Of a stretch of 32,000 bases of DNA, positions 15,435 through 24,160 are shown piece after piece. The notes under the pieces are model-generated. The model made no database searches and was not told the origin of the DNA. It worked only from the letters and a program-made list of their open reading frames with translations. How positions within the stretch are numbered: the first letter of the stretch is position 1; each line of letters begins with the position of its first letter. Where the stretch lies: assembly GCF_000981785.2 (NCBI RefSeq), contig NZ_CP011304.1, forward strand, positions 1,680,001-1,712,000. The letters are read 5' to 3'. The stretch comes from Microcystis aeruginosa NIES-2549 (lineage in GTDB: Bacteria; Cyanobacteriota; Cyanobacteriia; Cyanobacteriales; Microcystaceae). The translations under genes and the position numbers were made by a program.

Positions 15435-18407
15435 ATGATAGACACCTCCGAGAAAAACTTTGAAGCCACCATCGAAGCAAGCCTCCTCAACAGCGGCTAC
15501 CAGCGCCGCAGCTCCAAAGATTATGAGCGCTCACTTTGCCTCATACCCAAAGATGTCCTTAACTTCATCCAAACCAGCCAACCTCAAGAGTGGCAGAAAT
15601 TCCAAACCCAGTACGGTGACGACGCAAACACCCAACTCCTCAAACAGCTTGCCGAAGTCATCAAGAATCGGGGAACCTTAGAAGTCCTCAGAAAAGGCAT
15701 CAAAGCCAACAGCTGCCGCTTCCAACTCGCCTACTTCCAACCCTCCAACAGTCTCAATCCAGAAACCCAAAGACTCTACCAGACAAACTGCTTCAGTGTC
15801 CTTAGACAACTGTACTACAGCCAGAAAAATCCCCTCAACAGCATCGATATTGTCCTCTTTCTTAACGGTTTACCCATCTTCACCGCCGAACTAAAAAACC
15901 CTTTTACAGGGCAAAACTTCCAACAAGCGATTAAACAATATCAAGAGGATCGAGATCCGAGAGAGCCACTCCTCAAGTTTGGCCTATGTCTCTCCCACTT
16001 TGCCGTTGACCCAGATCAGGTCCATGTCACCACTCACCTTCAGGGCCATGAAACCGGCTTCCTACCCTTCAACCCCGGAAAGACTGGCGTAGCGGCAAAC
16101 CCAGACCCTACCAAATTCCGCAGCGCCTACCTGTGGGAGCAAATCTGGCGGCAGGATAGCTTCCTTGACCTAATCGAGAACTTTATCATCCTCCAGGAAA
16201 AAAAGGACGACAAGGACAGAAAAACAGGAGTAAAGAGCCTCATCTTTCCCCGCTACCATCAATTAGATGCCGTGCGCCGTTTGCTGGCCGATGCCAAGGC
16301 CGAAGGGACAGGAAAATCCTATCTCATCCAACACAGTGCCGGCAGTGGCAAGAGTAATTCAATAGCATGGCTGGCCCACGGACTTGTCAGCTTGCACGAT
16401 GATCATAATAGCCGCGTTTTTGACTCTATCATCGTCATCACCGACCGCCGTATATTGGATCAGCAACTACAGGCCACTATTCGCCAGTTTGAAAAGACCT
16501 CTGGGGTGGTGGAAAACATCGACAAAACCTCGCGGCAACTCAAAGAGGCCCTAGAGTCCGGGAAAAATATCATCGTCACCACCCTGCAAAAATTCTCCGT
16601 CATCGTCGATCAAATCCAGTCCCTCTCTGGGCAGCGCTTCGCAGTAATCGTCGATGAGGCCCATTCTTCCCAGACCGGAGAAAGTACCAAAAAACTCAAA
16701 AGCGTCCTCACCGCCACCAGCCTAGAAGCGGCCGCCGCCGAGGAAGGGGGAGAAGAGGAGGATTTAGAAGATCGAACCGTCGCCGAGGCAAAAAAACGGG
16801 GAAAAATTGCTAATTTAAGTTATTTTGCCTTTACCGCCACGCCGAAACCCAAAACCCTAGAAGTATTCGGCACCAGACAACCGGACGGCAGCTTTGCTCC
16901 CTTTAGCCTCTATTCCATGGCTCAGGCGATTGAGGAAGGCTTTATTCTCGACGTGCTGGAGAACTATACCACCTACAAGACCTATTTTAATCTGCTCAAA
17001 ACCATCGAAGATGACCCCCACTATGATCGCGCCAGGACCGCCTCGCTGCTGCGCCACTTCGTCGATTTACACGAACACACCATTAAGCAGAAAGTGGCCA
17101 TCATTGTCGAACACTTCCATGAGCAGGTGGCCCATCAGGTGCAAGGCAAGGCCAAGGCCATGATTGTCACGCGATCGCGTCTCCATGCCGTGCGGTACAA
17201 GTTGGCCCTAGACCGCTATCTCAAGGAAAAAGACTATCCCTATCAGTCCCTAGTCGCCTTTACCGGGACAGTTAGAGACGGCGAAGACTTCACCGAAACC
17301 AAAATGAATAGCGCCTCCTCAGGTACTCATATCCCTGACAAAGCCACCGCAGACACCTTTCAACAAGCTCCCTACCGCTTTCTCGTCGTTGCCAACAAAT
17401 TCCAGACCGGTTTTGACCAACCCCTCCTAGGCGCGATGTACATCGATAAGAAATTAGCCGGGGTTAACGCTGTCCAGACCCTCTCCCGTCTCAACCGCAT
17501 CCACCCCCACAAAACCGGGACTCTGGTGCTGGACTTCGCCAACGAGGCCGATGAGATCAAGGCAGCCTTTAAAGATTACTACGACTGCACCATCTTGACG
17601 GAAGCCACCGACCCCAACCGGCTCTATAAAATCCAAGCACAGCTTGACGACTATCACTTTTACCAAGACTCGGACATCGATAGCTTCGCGCAGATATTCT
17701 TTCACTCCCAAGGAACTCAGGCCAAGCTTCATGGCAGCCTCGACCCCGTCCTCGACCGTTACCTAGAAGCTTCTGAGGAGGAAAAAGTCGGTTTTCGCGG
17801 TAAACTACAAGAATTTATCCGACTTTATGGCTTTGTCTCTCAATTACTCCCCATACCTGCTGCAGACTTAGAGAAGTTCTATGAATTTTCCCGCCACTTA
17901 ATCTGCAAACTTCCCACCTCCCCAGAGGCCCTTCCTTTGCCTATTCAACAAAGCATCGAACTAAACTCCTACCGCATCCAAGAGACCCACAGGGGTAAAA
18001 TTGAACTAAAACGGGGTGTCAGGGAAACTTCTAGGGTTTATTCCCTAGGCACGGGCCAACCCCCCACCAAAAAGATAGAACCCCTCTCGAAAATCATTGA
18101 AGAAATTAATCGACGATTTGGTACTGATTTCAGTGAGGATGAGCGAGTTTTTATCGAACACCTTGAAACTAAACTGGATGACAGCGCACCCCTGAAAGCG
18201 AGCCTTAAGATCAATACTCCCGAAAATGTTAAACTAGCCTTTGATATCCTGGCATCCGACATCATGCAGGACATGGTGGAAATCAACTTCAGCTTTTATA
18301 AAAAGTTCACTGACGACCTTGAATTTAAGGCCCTGCTCCTCGGTTTTCTCTTTAATCGATTCCTGCAGCGATCGAATACTTCCGAAGCTAAGACAGACTC
18401 AGTTTAA
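15435..18407 (+). CDS. hsdR: Type I restriction-modification system, endonuclease/translocase subunit R
   Basis: N-terminal PD-(D/E)XK block DIVLFLNGLPIFTAELK. SF2 helicase motif I HSAGSGKS, motif II VDEAHSSQ, motif III FTATP, motif VI QTLSRLNR. 990 aa. Confidence 0.95.
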   Translation: MIDTSEKNFEATIEASLLNSGYQRRSSKDYERSLCLIPKDVLNFIQTSQPQEWQKFQTQYGDDANTQLLKQLAEVIKNRGTLEVLRKGIKANSCRFQLAYFQPSNSLNPETQRLYQTNCFSVLRQLYYSQKNPLNSIDIVLFLNGLPIFTAELKNPFTGQNFQQAIKQYQEDRDPREPLLKFGLCLSHFAVDPDQVHVTTHLQGHETGFLPFNPGKTGVAANPDPTKFRSAYLWEQIWRQDSFLDLIENFIILQEKKDDKDRKTGVKSLIFPRYHQLDAVRRLLADAKAEGTGKSYLIQHSAGSGKSNSIAWLAHGLVSLHDDHNSRVFDSIIVITDRRILDQQLQATIRQFEKTSGVVENIDKTSRQLKEALESGKNIIVTTLQKFSVIVDQIQSLSGQRFAVIVDEAHSSQTGESTKKLKSVLTATSLEAAAAEEGGEEEDLEDRTVAEAKKRGKIANLSYFAFTATPKPKTLEVFGTRQPDGSFAPFSLYSMAQAIEEGFILDVLENYTTYKTYFNLLKTIEDDPHYDRARTASLLRHFVDLHEHTIKQKVAIIVEHFHEQVAHQVQGKAKAMIVTRSRLHAVRYKLALDRYLKEKDYPYQSLVAFTGTVRDGEDFTETKMNSASSGTHIPDKATADTFQQAPYRFLVVANKFQTGFDQPLLGAMYIDKKLAGVNAVQTLSRLNRIHPHKTGTLVLDFANEADEIKAAFKDYYDCTILTEATDPNRLYKIQAQLDDYHFYQDSDIDSFAQIFFHSQGTQAKLHGSLDPVLDRYLEASEEEKVGFRGKLQEFIRLYGFVSQLLPIPAADLEKFYEFSRHLICKLPTSPEALPLPIQQSIELNSYRIQETHRGKIELKRGVRETSRVYSLGTGQPPTKKIEPLSKIIEEINRRFGTDFSEDERVFIEHLETKLDDSAPLKASLKINTPENVKLAFDILASDIMQDMVEINFSFYKKFTDDLEFKALLLGFLFNRFLQRSNTSEAKTDSV

Positions 18408-18515
18408 CATTCGATCGAACTTTGCCGCCGATCCCCGACCAATGACAGGGTAAGGGGGGTCTTCCCCTGACATTTGAGATAAAATCGATCTAGTTAAAAA
18501 TTTAATTCCGAAACT

Positions 18516-19952
18516 ATGTTCGACGCACTGGCCGACCGCTTAGAAGACGCATGGAAAAAATTACGAGGTCAAGATAAAATCTCCTCGGCCAATATACAAG
18601 AAACCCTCAAAGAAGTCCGGCGGGCTTTATTAGAAGCAGATGTTAACCTACAGGTAGTCAAGGGATTTATTGCTGAGGTCGAGAAACAAGCCCTCGGCGC
18701 TGAAGTGATTTCCGGAGTCAATCCCGGTCAGCAATTTATCAAAATTGTCTATGATGAATTAGTCAAAATTATGGGGGAAAGCAACGTTCCCCTAGCTCAG
18801 GCCGATAAACCCCCCACCGTAATTTTAATGGCCGGGTTGCAAGGGACAGGAAAAACCACCGCCACCGCCAAATTAGCCCTATATCTCCGCAAACAGTCCA
18901 AAAGCTGCCTGATGGTGGCCACCGATGTTTACCGTCCGGCGGCCATTGACCAATTAATCACCCTCGGTAAACAGATAAATGTTCCCGTCTTCGAGATGGG
19001 TTCTCAGGCTAATCCCGTCGATATCGCCCGTCAAGGTGTGGAAAAAGCCAAAGAATTGGGGGTAGATACGGTTATCATCGACACCGCCGGTCGTTTGCAG
19101 ATAGACACCCAGATGATGGGCGAACTAGCACAAATCAAGAAAATTGTCAAGCCCGACGACACTTTATTAGTGGTGGATGCCATGACCGGTCAGGAAGCGG
19201 CCAGTCTTACCAACACTTTTCACCAACAAATCGGCATCACGGGGGCAATTCTTACTAAACTTGATGGCGATACTCGTGGTGGGGCAGCCCTATCAGTGCG
19301 GCAAATATCGGGACAACCGATTAAATTTGTTGGGGTTGGGGAAAAAGTAGAAGCTTTAGAGCCATTTTATCCCGATCGCCTTGCCAGTCGCATCCTCAAT
19401 ATGGGTGATGTTCTGACGCTAGTGGAAAAAGCTCAGGAACAGTTAGACCTAGAAGACGCGGCCAAAATGCAGGCCAAGATTTTAGAGGCTAAGTTTGATT
19501 TTAATGACTTCCTCAAACAGATGCGGCTGTTAAAAAATATGGGTTCCCTGGGGGGAGTCTTGAAGTTAATCCCCGGTCTGGGCAAACTGAGCGGGACAGA
19601 CATCGAAAAGGGCGAAAAAGAGTTAAAACGCACGGAAGCGATGATTAATTCCATGACCACGGAGGAACGCGCTAACCCCGATTTATTGGCTAAGTCTCCT
19701 AATCGTCGTCGTCGCATTGCCAAAGGTTCGGGACATCCGGAAACAGAAGTTAACAAACTAATTACTAATTTCACCAGAATGCGATCGATGATGCAACAGA
19801 TGGGACGGGGACAAATGCCCGCTATGCCTGGGATGCCCGGGATGGGTGGCGGAATGTTTGGCGGTGGCAATCAACCGGGGTTCCGAGGTCAAGGTGGCAG
19901 CCCGAAAAAACCGAAGAAAATCAAGAAAAAGAAAGGTTTTGGCGATTTATAG
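18516..19952 (+). CDS. ffh: Signal recognition particle protein Ffh (SRP54)
   Basis: GTPase motifs GLQGTGKTT, DTAGR and TKLDGD. Met/Gly-rich M domain and a Lys-rich tail. Confidence 0.97.
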   Translation: MFDALADRLEDAWKKLRGQDKISSANIQETLKEVRRALLEADVNLQVVKGFIAEVEKQALGAEVISGVNPGQQFIKIVYDELVKIMGESNVPLAQADKPPTVILMAGLQGTGKTTATAKLALYLRKQSKSCLMVATDVYRPAAIDQLITLGKQINVPVFEMGSQANPVDIARQGVEKAKELGVDTVIIDTAGRLQIDTQMMGELAQIKKIVKPDDTLLVVDAMTGQEAASLTNTFHQQIGITGAILTKLDGDTRGGAALSVRQISGQPIKFVGVGEKVEALEPFYPDRLASRILNMGDVLTLVEKAQEQLDLEDAAKMQAKILEAKFDFNDFLKQMRLLKNMGSLGGVLKLIPGLGKLSGTDIEKGEKELKRTEAMINSMTTEERANPDLLAKSPNRRRRIAKGSGHPETEVNKLITNFTRMRSMMQQMGRGQMPAMPGMPGMGGGMFGGGNQPGFRGQGGSPKKPKKIKKKKGFGDL

Positions 19953-19955
19953 AGG

Positions 19956-20924
19956 CTAAAAATGTTGAAATCCAGAGCTTAAACTGAGGTTTCTACCGTC
20001 GGCTAATTTTATCTCTTTCCCCGGGACAATTTGACCGATTATCGCCCCCTCTTCCCCCACTTTCTCCAGCAATTCTCTGGCACTGTCCGGGGGCAAACAC
20101 AAAACTAACTCAAAGTCTTCACCGCCGTATAAAGCCCATTCTAGAGCTTTTTCGGCTCCTACATATTCTTTCAGGGTTGGATGCAGGGGAATCCTCTCGA
20201 TTTCAGCACCAACCCCACTACAGCGACAAATTTGCATGATGGCATCTGCTAACCCGTCACTGCTATCCATGCCCGCGATGGGAAATTGCTTGACAATTTT
20301 TTGTAAATGTGGTATGCAATCAAGTCTCGGTCGCGGCCGTTGATGAGCTTGGATTAATCGCTTTTTTTGGGCGGAATTTAAATTCCTGCCGGTTTCAGGG
20401 TGCAAGAGTAACTCTAATCCAGCCCGCGATAAACCGTGATAACCAGTAATAACGATACTATCACCAACTTTTGCGTTAAAACGTCTAATTTCTTCATTTT
20501 TTGCCACTTGTCCCAGGGCGGTGATGCTGATGTTAATCTCCGTGGCCCGACAGACATCGCCACCAACGATCGCCGTCTGATATACTTGCAGACAAGAGCT
20601 AAGACCCCGATAGAGTCCTTCTAGCCAATCGATGGCTAGATTGGGAGTTAAAGCCAATCCTACCGTAATTCCCAGGGGTTCTGCCCCCATAGCCGCTAAA
20701 TCGGATAAATTAGCCGCCGCCGCTCGCCAGCCCACATCTTCCGGAGAGGTGGTAAGATCGCTAAAGTGGACGTTATTAACTAAAACATCAGTGGTGACAA
20801 CGAGAGAGTAACCCTCTTTCAGGGATAAAATCGCCCCATCATCACCGATAATCTCCGCAGGACAATATTTTTGCAGAATCGGTAGCAATCCCTGTTCACC
20901 CAAGTCTTTAACGGTTAAATTCAT
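19956..20924 (-). CDS. thiL: Thiamine-monophosphate kinase
   Basis: AIR-synthase-related fold pattern: IGDDGAIL, VTTDVLVNNVHF, GWRAAAANLSDLAAMGA, GGD, DSSDGLADA. Confidence 0.92.
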   Translation of the reverse strand: MNLTVKDLGEQGLLPILQKYCPAEIIGDDGAILSLKEGYSLVVTTDVLVNNVHFSDLTTSPEDVGWRAAAANLSDLAAMGAEPLGITVGLALTPNLAIDWLEGLYRGLSSCLQVYQTAIVGGDVCRATEINISITALGQVAKNEEIRRFNAKVGDSIVITGYHGLSRAGLELLLHPETGRNLNSAQKKRLIQAHQRPRPRLDCIPHLQKIVKQFPIAGMDSSDGLADAIMQICRCSGVGAEIERIPLHPTLKEYVGAEKALEWALYGGEDFELVLCLPPDSARELLEKVGEEGAIIGQIVPGKEIKLADGRNLSLSSGFQHF

Positions 20925-20963
20925 AATTTCTGGGAATTGAACGATGCAGCTTCTAAAAAGTCT

Positions 20964-21086
20964 TTAAGTAGGTAGGCACAATTATTTGTAGGATGGGTTA
21001 GCGGTAGCGTAACATAATCGGGCGTTGGGTTTCATGCTTCAACCCAACCTACGTTCATTTTATATTTAATTCCACCCACCTACTTA
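20964..21086. repeat. Nested palindromic MITE-like element between thiL and the MBL-fold gene
   Basis: Outer arms TAAGTAGGT (20965-20973) / ACCTACTTA (21078-21086). Middle arms GTAGGATGGGTT (20988-20999) / AACCCAACCTAC (21041-21052). Inner hairpin GTTGGGTT (21024-21031) / AACCCAAC (21041-21048). Confidence 0.5.
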
Positions 21087-21770
21087 GTTAAGAAGATTGG
21101 CGCTGATTTTTTCGTAGGCGCTATCGATAATTCCCCGACCGCGCAGAAAGCCAGTATTAGCTCCCGGACAAAGATAAGAGAGGGTTTCCGGGCTAAAACG
21201 GTCTAAAATAGCCCTTTGCGATCGCAATTGCCGCAGCCAGTGGAAAGTTTTCGCAGTCTGTAGGGGTCGCGGTTGACCCTTAGTGTCGGGGAGAAGATGA
21301 CGACCGGTAAATAAAACCCCCCCGTGACGGTTCCAGTAGAGACAGGAGGAACCGGGAGAATGGCCAGGAGTCCAAAAACCGCTACAAGTGGGAGATAACT
21401 GGATTTGCTGCTGAAAAACGGTAATTTGACGGTGAGGAAGCAGATAGGCTTCCTGTTCCTGTAGAATAATCTCACAATTAAGTAAACTTTGCAGAGAATC
21501 GCTCTGTTTACCCTGACCCCCGCGATGGGTAAAAAATAGGTAACGGACACCCTTTTCTCGGAGAAAATCCCGCTCGCTCTCCTCACAGCTAGGACAATCC
21601 ACCAGAATATTGCCGGTATTTTCTACAATAAGATAAGAGGTTCCCCCTAGGGTTTCCCGATTAGGCGAGAAAGCGTATAAACCTTCTAGAATTAATCGAG
21701 GGGGTTTTGTGGTTTTGCTAACCTCTAAAGGAGACGATTCGGTTTCCGATCGCATGGTTTGCCTATCCAA
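21084..21770 (-). CDS. MBL-fold (metallo-beta-lactamase superfamily) protein with degenerate metal-binding motif
   Basis: The fold pattern is present (YLIVENTGNILVDCP, TPGHSPGS). The HxHxDH position reads THRGGQG, and the later GD reads TGR. Confidence 0.75.
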   Translation of the reverse strand: MDRQTMRSETESSPLEVSKTTKPPRLILEGLYAFSPNRETLGGTSYLIVENTGNILVDCPSCEESERDFLREKGVRYLFFTHRGGQGKQSDSLQSLLNCEIILQEQEAYLLPHRQITVFQQQIQLSPTCSGFWTPGHSPGSSCLYWNRHGGVLFTGRHLLPDTKGQPRPLQTAKTFHWLRQLRSQRAILDRFSPETLSYLCPGANTGFLRGRGIIDSAYEKISANLLN

Positions 21771-21859
21771 ATCACAATCAATGCGGTTTACAATCTAGCA
21801 CGATCGATGACCGGGCGGGCTGAAATTAGCCGCTTTTTATTCAAGAGAAAAGAGCCGAT

Positions 21860-23344
21860 ATGGAAATGTGGTTGTTATTAGGGATTCTTGGCGGTTTCAC
21901 TTATTTTATCGTCAAGCGTAGCGTGGCCAAAATCACGACAACACCAATATGGTTAATTTGGTTAGTCCTGATGACTCCGGCTCTTATTTGGACGGGCTGG
22001 ACGTTAATCTATGGAGAGGATACCCCCATGCCGGCATTTCTGCTCATCGGTCCTTTTGTGATCTGCCCTTTTTTGTATTGGTGGCTAGTACAAAAGGGTC
22101 GAGTTACTCCCCAAGAAAGCCCCCCATCACCACTGGAAACAGCGAATTTAGTCCTAGAAAATATTGATAATCCTGCACCTAAAAATGATTTAAAACCGAT
22201 CACTGCCGCAGAAGAAAAATCCCTAAGAGATTGTTTTCCTTGGGGTATTTATTATCTGCAAAATATCGATTATCGTCCCCAAGCAATTCTCTGTCGGGGG
22301 AAATTGAGAGCGGTTCCCGAAGAAGCTTATCAAGTGATTAAAAACAATGTGGAAAAGGTTTTTGGGGATCGCTTTTTATTGCTTTTCCAAGAAAGTTTTC
22401 AGGGACAACCTTTTTTCGCTCTTGTGGCTAATCCCTGGCAGCAAAAAACAGAAACTATAGAAACTGAAAAAGTTACTCGCCCCCTTATTTTCCTCGGTTT
22501 ATTGTTATTAACTCTCTTAACTACCACGGTCATCGGTGCGGGATTAAGTGGCATTACCACCCAACAATTAGAAAATAATTCTAGTGTATTACTGCAAGGT
22601 TTACCCTACAGTTTAGGCTTAATTGCTATTTTAGGACTGCACGAATTCAGTCATTATTTTACCGCCGTTAAATATAAAATTAAAACTACTTTGCCCTATT
22701 TTATCCCCTTTCCTTTCTTCCTAGGCACCTTCGGGGCTTTTATTCAAATGCGCTCCCCTGTACCCACGCGCAAAGCTTTATTTGATGTGGCGGTGGCCGG
22801 TCCTTTGGGGGGTATAATTATCGCTATTCCTCTACTGTTTTGGGGATTGTCCCTCTCGGAAATAGTTCCCCTAACCAATCAAAGCAGTTTATTAAATTTT
22901 CAGGCCTTAAATCCGCAGTTTTCTTTTCTCTTATCTATCGTAGCTAAACTAGCCCTCGGCAGTGATTTAATCGCAGGAAAAGCCATCCATTTACATCCTT
23001 TAGCGGTGGCCGGTTATGTGGGAATTATCGTTACAGCCCTAAATTTAATGCCTGTGGGTCAATTGGATGGTGGTCATATTGTTCACGCCATGTATGGGCA
23101 GAAAACCGCCATAATTATCGGACAATTAACTCGATTATTCATGTTTATTTTAGCCCTAGTGCAACCAGATTTTTTACTCTGGGCGATTATTCTCTTATTA
23201 ATGCCAGTGAGCGATCAACCTGCTTTAAATGATGTGACGGAATTGGATAATAAACGAGATTTATTAGGTCTATTTTCCCTGGCTTTATTATTAAGTATTT
23301 TGCTCCCCCTTCCCGAAGCGGTGGCCCGTTGGTGGGGGATGTAA
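21860..23344 (+). CDS. Site-2 protease family (M50) intramembrane zinc metalloprotease, EGY-like
   Basis: HEFSHY (HExxH) and NLMPVGQLDGGH (NxxPxxxLDG) lie in a polytopic membrane protein. Confidence 0.9.
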   Translation: MEMWLLLGILGGFTYFIVKRSVAKITTTPIWLIWLVLMTPALIWTGWTLIYGEDTPMPAFLLIGPFVICPFLYWWLVQKGRVTPQESPPSPLETANLVLENIDNPAPKNDLKPITAAEEKSLRDCFPWGIYYLQNIDYRPQAILCRGKLRAVPEEAYQVIKNNVEKVFGDRFLLLFQESFQGQPFFALVANPWQQKTETIETEKVTRPLIFLGLLLLTLLTTTVIGAGLSGITTQQLENNSSVLLQGLPYSLGLIAILGLHEFSHYFTAVKYKIKTTLPYFIPFPFFLGTFGAFIQMRSPVPTRKALFDVAVAGPLGGIIIAIPLLFWGLSLSEIVPLTNQSSLLNFQALNPQFSFLLSIVAKLALGSDLIAGKAIHLHPLAVAGYVGIIVTALNLMPVGQLDGGHIVHAMYGQKTAIIIGQLTRLFMFILALVQPDFLLWAIILLLMPVSDQPALNDVTELDNKRDLLGLFSLALLLSILLPLPEAVARWWGM

Positions 23345-23500
23345 GCGACCGCATCAATCCCCCTGAGTTCCAGGAAAATTATCGGTCAGTTAGGGAATAA
23401 AATCCCTATCTCCTACGTCAAGTGAGTTCGATGATCCTCACCCTCGATCACTTTAATCCACAAAGCTGAAGGCTGACAACCGCTCACCGATCACTGATAT

Positions 23501-24133
23501 ATGGTTCTCAAGGCTAATTCTCGCAGAAAAAAGCGAGTTTCTCCGCAAGGGAAGTTAGGCAAATCTAGGTTAAAATTGCTGGCTATTCCGCTAATTTTGG
23601 CGAGTTTAGGCTGGTTATACTACGATTTACGTCAGCAGTGGCTAAAACCAGAGGCGATTTTTGTTTTGGGAGGTCATGCCGATCGAGAACGTTTTGCGGC
23701 AAAATTAGCTAAGGAATATCCCGATCTACCGATTTGGGTGTCTTCTGGTAGTCCGCGACGATATGTGAGAAAGATTTTTAAAAAAGCGGGAATTTCTCCA
23801 GAACGTCTCCATCTCGATTACAATGCGCGAGATACTGTCACTAACTTTACTAGCCTAGCCGATCAACTGAAAGCCCAAGGTATTGATAGTGTCTATCTAG
23901 TCACTTCCGATAATCACATGAGAAGGGCGCGATTAGTGGGAGAAATTGTTTTTGGTAGTCGCGGAATCGTGATTAAACCGGTGACTGTTCCCTCCCAATC
24001 ACCCCCCGAACCCCTAGAAAAATCGCTCAGAGACGGTTTTAGGGCAATATTATGGATAATAACCGGTTCTACTGGGGAATTTTGGCTAGAATCCGATTCT
24101 AGTCCCCCTCAGTTCCCAACCCAATCAAAATAA
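23501..24133 (+). CDS. YdcF/DUF218-family protein
   Basis: N-terminal membrane anchor, then VLGGHADRERFAAKL..., VSSG, DTVTNF and YLVTSDNHMRRA, typical of DUF218. Confidence 0.8.
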   Translation: MVLKANSRRKKRVSPQGKLGKSRLKLLAIPLILASLGWLYYDLRQQWLKPEAIFVLGGHADRERFAAKLAKEYPDLPIWVSSGSPRRYVRKIFKKAGISPERLHLDYNARDTVTNFTSLADQLKAQGIDSVYLVTSDNHMRRARLVGEIVFGSRGIVIKPVTVPSQSPPEPLEKSLRDGFRAILWIITGSTGEFWLESDSSPPQFPTQSK

Positions 24134-24160
24134 AATTATCTTGACAAAATCACCCACTTT

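Noticed and set aside
15412-15440. TTGACA at 15412-15417 as the hsdR -35 box
   Set aside because: With 17-nt spacing the -10 would be ATGATA, which overlaps the hsdR ATG itself and matches TATAAT poorly. That would imply a transcript starting inside the CDS. The hsdR promoter probably lies further upstream, inside the divergent gene.
15460-17163. Alternative-frame ORFs inside hsdR (15460-15681 and 16894-17163 on the + strand, 16857-17057 on the - strand)
   Set aside because: They are nested in the 990-aa hsdR frame, which carries all the helicase and nuclease motifs. They are Ser/Pro/Ala-rich products typical of off-frame translation of GC-rich coding DNA.
19433-19870. 145-aa antisense ORF inside ffh
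   Set aside because: It lies fully within the strongly supported ffh CDS, opposite the Met/Gly/Pro-rich M-domain, where low-complexity codons keep the antisense frame open. It has no motif and no start context.
21203-21586. 127-aa alternative-frame ORF within the MBL-fold gene
   Set aside because: It is on the same strand, out of frame and entirely nested in a longer ORF with recognisable domain blocks. The composition looks like frame-shifted coding sequence.
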